Below are positions 35,801 through 43,100 of a DNA stretch of 64,000 nt, piece by piece; positions within the stretch are counted from its first letter, which is position 1; each line of letters starts with the position of its first letter. The notes beneath the pieces were generated by a model that worked only from the letters and a program-made list of their open reading frames with translations, was not told the origin of the DNA and did not search any database. This DNA is from Octopus sinensis (Eukaryota), in the NCBI RefSeq assembly GCF_006345805.1, contig NC_043025.1:16368001-16432000 (forward strand), in the 5' to 3' direction. A program made the translations under genes and the position numbers.

Positions 35801-38800
35801 TTTCCCATTGTTTATCTTCCTCTTCTTCCTTTTCTCTCCTAGTTTTATCAGTACGTTCCGCACAGCCTTCTGGTCGCTGTTTGGAAGGGGCGAACCCCAT
35901 GCCGTCCAGCTGGGGGACTATGACAACTCCTTCACTGAAGATGTCGGCTACGTCATCTATGGCATATACAATATTGCCATGGTAACCGTGCTGCTCAACA
36001 TGTTGACAGCAATGATGACCAGGTCATTTGAGAATATCACGGTGAGTATCATCATCATCATCATCATCATCATTAGTTGTAGTAGTAATAGTAATAGTAG
36101 TAGTAATATTTCGCCCGTCGCTACATTCTGAGTTCAAATTCCACCGAGGTCAACTTTACCTTTCATTTTGATAAAATGAGTACCAGTTGAACACTGGGGT
36201 CAATGGAATCGACTCATTCCTTGTAGAAAATAATTATCATCATTATTAGGCTGGCAGAATCCTTTGCACAAGCTCAGCGGCTTTTCATTCATTTTTTTCC
36301 CTTCTGACTTCAAACTTCACCAAGGTTGACTTTGCCTTTCATCCATTAATGGTCAATGAAATAAGGACCAGTTGAGCCCTGGGGTCGATGCAATTGACTA
36401 ACCCCCTTCTTTATAATTTTAAACCTTGTGCCTGTAGGATATAAGATGGTGCTTTTCTGTGGGTCAACGATGCATCTTTCAATTCCAGTCTCCTTGAGCC
36501 ATTTCTGTAGCATTTCTGGATATTGTGCCAAGGGCCCCAATAACTCCTGGAATAACTGTTGCCCTGGTCTTTCACAGTCTCCTCAGCTCCCTGGTTGGAG
36601 ACTGGTATTTCTTAATTTTTTCCCGTTTCTCCCATCGTAGGACATTTCAAAATCTATCATCTTGCACTGTTTGTTTATTTTGTCCTCTCTAATCATATCG
36701 GATCTTCTTGCTTCAGTAGCATGGTGAGTTTTTTATGGGGAAACCCTGCATCATCTTGTACGAGGTGGTATCAAAGAGATCTGTAGCATTCTAATTCATA
36801 TGGTTGCTTACACAGTGAGAGCCTTCATGAGGCAGTGTTCCGAGTGACATTGCTGTGTTTAAGTTGTGAAATTTGTGAAATTTGTGTTTTTGTGATGACC
36901 CGTATGTTGTAGTTTGTGATTTTGGCATGGACAGAAACAAAAAGCTAATGTGAAATTTTGTGTTAAACTTTGGAAGTCTTCTACAGAGATATTGAGCATG
37001 CTTCGGCAAGCTGATGGTGATGAGGTAGTGGGTCATACGCAAATGTTTTGAGTGGCACAGGTGCTTTAGGAGGCACGACAGAGCCGCAGCTTGATCAAGA
37101 GCATGCTCGTAGTTTTTTCAACATCCACAGTTTTGGGCATCGAGAATTCACTCTCCCACCAGGGACGGACCGTTGTAATGGTTAGTTCTTTGTTGCAGTC
37201 AAAGGTCACCAATTATAAAGGTTGTTATTATTGTAATGTTGTAAGATGTGAAAGATGAACAAAGAACAGTGATCAAAGTTGTAAAGAAATATTTATTTAC
37301 TGTTACTTTGTATATATCCCAAACCACGACAGGTTGGTATGTATAAAAGATATGGTAATGTTACAGAGAAAAGAAACTGAGTTAATGAAAGTGAGAGTGG
37401 TGGGACGAAACTGCTTCGTTGGTAAGTTTTGTCCGTCTGTGTCTTCCTTCATAGATAGCGTTTTGTTCAGCCGGTCAGCCAGACTCAGTTATCACTAACT
37501 GACCTCTGCTTAAGAAGTTTTTGTTTTTATAACTATCCAAAATGAGCCAGAACGATAGACATATTGTTGAGAACCACAGATTCCGTTAGCGGTCTGTTAT
37601 CTCTATTCTAGCTTTTGGTGGAATAGAAGAGGTCAGAAGGGTCCAATGACCTTATTCTGCTTAGCGAAGGCATCTGGTAAATGTAACTGATGTCGCTGAC
37701 AGAAAAACTATTGTTTTACCGTGAGAAAAGTGCTGCTGAACTGTGAAGTGAAATTTTGCGATCGAGGATCGAATCCATGCTATGCCTGCATGAAGCCACT
37801 ACAGCGTCACCCGAGAGTTCAACTGTGACGTTTTGAAGTGTTTGCGAAAGGACATTCACTGAAAACGACTGTGTCTGTGGAGCACAAAGAATTGGCTTCT
37901 TCACAGCAACAGTTGCAGCCTGTCATCGAGCTCTCTTCTCTTGTGAGTTGTTTTGTCAGAAACAACATGCTATCACTCCTGCACCGGTTCTATTTGCTAG
38001 ATTTAGCACCCGTGGACTTCCATCTCTTCTCTAAGAGGAAAACACAGCTCAAAGGTCACCATTTCAAGATCAAGAGCGAATCACAGAAGGTCCTGGACTT
38101 GCTTATGGAAATCAACATCCAGGCTGGATTCCAAGAGTAGCAGGAACATTGGGGCCTCTGTATTGCTGCGCAAGGTGGCTATTTCAAAGTTCTTTTCTAA
38201 AAAAGTTATTTTTTATTCAACATAACTAGTCCGAGGACTCTTTCATACAACCAAATAATGATTCTCATTTGTTTAATCACAGCCTCTAATTGGTTCTCAT
38301 TATTATCATCATCATTGAGCTGGCAGAACCATTTGCATGCCAGGCAAAATGCTTAGCGGTGTTTCGTCTGCCGTTACGATCTGAGTTCAAATTCCGCTGA
38401 GGTCGACTTTGCCTTTCATCCTTTCGGGGTCGATTAATTAAGTAACAGTTACGCACTGGGGACGATGTAATCGACTTAATCTGTTTGTCTGTCCTTGTTT
38501 GTCCCCTCTGTGTTTAGCACCTTGTGGGTAATAAAGAAATAGGTATTTCGTCTGCCGTTACGTTCTGAGTTCAAATTCCGCCGGAGTTCACTTTGCCTTT
38601 CATTCTTTTGGGATTGATTACTAGTTACAGAATAAGTACCAGTTATGCACTGGGGTCAATGTAATCGACACCCTCCTCCCCCATAATGGTTGCCCTTGTG
38701 GAAAAATTTGAAACCATTGTTATTACCATTATTATTATTAAGGCAGCAAGCTGGCAGAATTGTTGGCTAGCTGGCAGAATTGTTAGCAAGCTGGCAGAAT

Positions 38801-39052
38801 TGTTAGCTAGCTGGCAGAATTGTTAGCTAGCTGGCAGAATTGTTAGCAAACTGGCAGAATTGTTAGCAAGCTGGGTGAAATGCTTAGCAGTATTTCGTCT
38901 GCCACTACGTTCTGAGTTCAAATTCCACCGAGGCCGACTTTACTTTTCATCCTTTCAGGGTCAATAAATTAAGTACCAGTTGAGTACTGGGGTCAATGTA
39001 ATCGACTATCCTCCTCTCCCAAATTTCAGGATTTGTGCCAATAATAAAAAGG

Positions 39053-39083
<31 letters not shown>

Positions 39084-39391
39084 GTAGTAGTAGTAGTAGT
39101 AGCAGTAGTAGTAGTAGTAGTTTATTGGTCATCTCTGCAGATAAATCTATGATTGAAGGCAATCTACCCATGACAATCTCATCTATATTTTTTTCAGATA
39201 TCCTATCCCTGAGACCACATTATCTGATGAGTTTTTTCAGAGAGAGTACTCTGTGATTCTGGCACCATATACATACATAAATAGACACACACACATACAC
39301 ACATACACACATGCATACATACATATACATATTTTTTTTTCTGTAGATTGGTGAAACATGCAGCGCTCATAAATTTGTTGGACAAAAAGTT

Positions 39392-39429
<38 letters not shown>

Positions 39430-40135
39430 CACACACATTCATTCATACATAAATATACATGCACATAAATACATCTTACACACATACATATATCTATACA
39501 TACTCATACACACATCAATACATACATACATGGGGACACACATGTATACACACACACTAAACATATAAACACATACGCCATACATAGACACACATACACA
39601 TGTTTACAAACATAAACACACACATATATGTAATTCTGTCTCTTTCTCTCTTTCCTTTGCAGACCTATTCCGATGCAGAATGGAAGTATGCCCGTAGCCT
39701 TCTCTACATGGAATACATGGACGACAGCCTCACCCTCCCTGTCCCTTTCAACATTTTGACCATGCTGAGGGCCATCTTCTTTGTATTCTGTTCAATGGTG
39801 TCCTACTTCCGCAGATTGTGTAAGCATTCACCTCACCCTAGCAACACCACAGACTGTGGACACTGCCCTGGAGTTGCCATGCAAAGCAAGTCTGGACAGG
39901 ACAATGTTGCTTATGAGGTTGGTTGCTGTTGTTGTTGTTATTGTTCGCATGCTGGGCAAAATGCTTTGCGGCATTTCATCCATCTTAATGTTCTGAGTTC
40001 AAATTCCGCTGAGGTTGACTTTGCTTTTTGTCCTTTCGGGGATCAATAAAATAAATACTAGTCGAACACTGGGGTCAACGTAATTGACCAGTCCCCCCCA
40101 CCAAAGTTTCAGGCCTTGTGCCTTCACAAGAAAGG

Positions 40136-40174
<39 letters not shown>

Positions 40175-43100
40175 TAGTTTTATTTTTATAGCGTGCTTTC
40201 ACTTCACTACCGAGCGCAGCTCTGTGTGCCTTGGGTATGTGCTGTGATTTGTTGTGATGCTCTGATGGTTATTGTATGGAAAGTGTTCTGCGTAGGATGT
40301 GTGCAGTGCCTAGTAGTACTATTTTCTGTAAATTATGTATATTTGTTTGTCCGGGTGTTTTTGTTATGTATTTGTCATCATCATCATTATTATTATTATT
40401 ATTAAGGCAGTGAGCTGGTTGTATTGTTAGCATGTTGGGCAAAATACTTAGTGGCTTTTCACTCATCCCCATGTTCTGAGTTCAAATTCTACTGAGGTTG
40501 ATTTTGCCTTTCATCCTTTCGGGGTTGACTATTTTCCTCTCATAAATAGCTGCCTTTGGGCCAAAATTTGAAACCATTATTATTATTGTTGTTGTTTTCA
40601 ATATGTTAGTTAAAATGCATAGCAGAATTTCATCCGACTTTATGTTCCGAACTCAAATTCTGCCTCGTCAATAACAAGTGTCCACTACAACCACATGCTA
40701 AGACGAAATCAGCCACTACTGATATAGTAGTACAGTGGTTGTAAAATCATTGATGACCAATTAGCCTGAAGGCTGAATGAAAGTTTGTCATTCACAACAG
40801 AAGCACTAATAGTTCAAAATAGTAATCTATATATCATACTTAAAGCCTGGTAATTTGTCCTGGGACAGCATTTGTTATAGACATATAGTCTGCTACAGAT
40901 GATCTATTTTCAAGTTTTCTTTTCAACACTATACATCTATAAGAGACATTTTCTTGAGACAAATATCACAGTTTATTAGATTTTTGACAATGACTCTGCT
41001 TCAAGTATAATATACAGATTGCTATTTTATATTATTTTTTTCTTAATGAGTCTACAGTGGTGATAATAAAAGAAAATTAATGGGAATGTGTCAAGAACTT
41101 TTCTAGTGGCCCCTTAAATGTAACAGATTCAGCAAGGGAGAGAAAGAAGAGGGAAATAAGGAAAAGACATGACCCCAGTTGTTGTGTGGTGCTTATTTTC
41201 TTGATCTCGAAGGAAGAATAAAGTTGACCTTGCTGGGATTTGAACCTGGAATCCAGAGAGTGGACCAAAACCCACTGGCTATGGAGCCAAGACCACTTGT
41301 ATTAAAATCTATTGGTTAACCACTTTACTAATGTTATTGCAAAGTCTATTTAGGTATATGTAACAAGATGGCCTTGATTGGAGCACCAAGGGCTAAACAA
41401 TAGCTATAACAATTAGGTATTTCACAGTTATCTCCCCAATTGACTGATGATAAATGCTCATCTATTTCCAGGTAACAGACGAGAATAGTGTGAGTTATGG
41501 ACAAACTGTGTCATGCAGTAAGAAGCTGACATATGAGGTAAAGATATTCTGACAATAATCTTCTCTGTCATCATCGTCATTATCATCATCATCATCATCA
41601 TCATCAGATAATTGTATTATGTGGAGAATTTCTCCAAAGATACAGATCATATACTGACAGGACAAGATCGTATACCAAGAGGATAAGATTTGTATGGAAA
41701 AGAAGGATTATATATTGAACAAATTGGAAAAATCTGGCTACTACCTAAACACAAAGGGAGAACTTTAAATATATGCCCCCACGATGACAAATACATACTT
41801 GCCTGTTGGTATCCTCCACTGACATTAGGATAATACTCTCCTAGGACAACACCTAAGCCAGTGTACACTTGACATTCTGCAATCAAAAGACATTCATATT
41901 GCACACCTTTAACTTATCTAAATACTATTCACAGTAATTTTCACTCCACCAAATTATATTATACCTGATGTGATTGATTCTAGTTTCAGCTCATGAGCTG
42001 TGGCCATGCTGGGGCACCACCATGTGCTAACGATTCTGCCAGTTCACTGGTACAAAGCTAGCAATTTTGTGGAAGAGGGAAAATTGATTACATTGACCTC
42101 TGTGCTAGACTGGCTCTTATTTTATCGACCCCGGGCTCTCAACATTGCTTTCAGATTTTGGCACAAGGCCAACAGGTTTGGAGAGGGGCTAGGTCAGTTA
42201 CATCGATCCCGGGTTCAACTGGGACTTATTTTATTGACCCCAAAAGGAGGAAAGGCGAAGTCGGCCTTGGCAGAATTTGAACTCAGAACATAGAGAGGGA
42301 CAGAATGCCACTAAGCATTTTGCCTGATGTGTTAACGATTCTGATTAGAATTCTTTGTTAGTGTGCTGCTTCTAAACCCTACAGGGGATGTGTGGATATT
42401 TATATTCCTTAGTCTCTCATTTGTTTTATGGAAAGTTTTGTCGTTTGTTAATTCTAAACAAAAAAGAACTTTAATGTTCAAATCAGTAAGATTGGTAAGA
42501 TTACAGTAATAGTAAGTCATGGCTCTTCTAAACAACCATTAGCCATTTCCTAGCAAATCATAGATACAGGGGGATTGTCAACAGAGGCAGTGTCAAAATT
42601 GGCCCCATCCATTCCGTTCCTTTAACATGTCAACAGAGACATGGTATTTGAGACTGTTTGGATAAGATGGCTGAAACATGAAACACGACACAAGCATAGC
42701 TAAAAGTAAATTCAAGTAAAGGTTTCATAACCACAGTCTGTCCTTCAGGCATGCTTAAAAGCAGACTTTCGTGATGACCAGGGATATTTGGAAACTGAAA
42801 GAGCTCAGCACATGCTTACAATATAAGGTGGAGAATTCACAAAAGGTCCAGATTATAGACAGATGGAACAAGATGTCAGCTTTGTACTACAGAGAAGGCA
42901 AGTATATTAGATAGGTTCATGTTCACACTTGTCCAAAATGGTTTTGAGTATGTTGCATACTGTAAGTTAGTAATTCAAAGTTTTTGGTTCATTTTGGACA
43001 AAACATTTGACTTTTTTCAATTTTATTCCTTTACAGAATGTAATCCACAGAATCATTCAGCGATACATCTGTGACATCCATCATGAAAATGAAGTAACGG

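Noticed and set aside
41640-41930. Possible extra TRPC exon or LINE ORF
   Set aside because: Multiple stops, no TRPC similarity; at most an old repeat relic.
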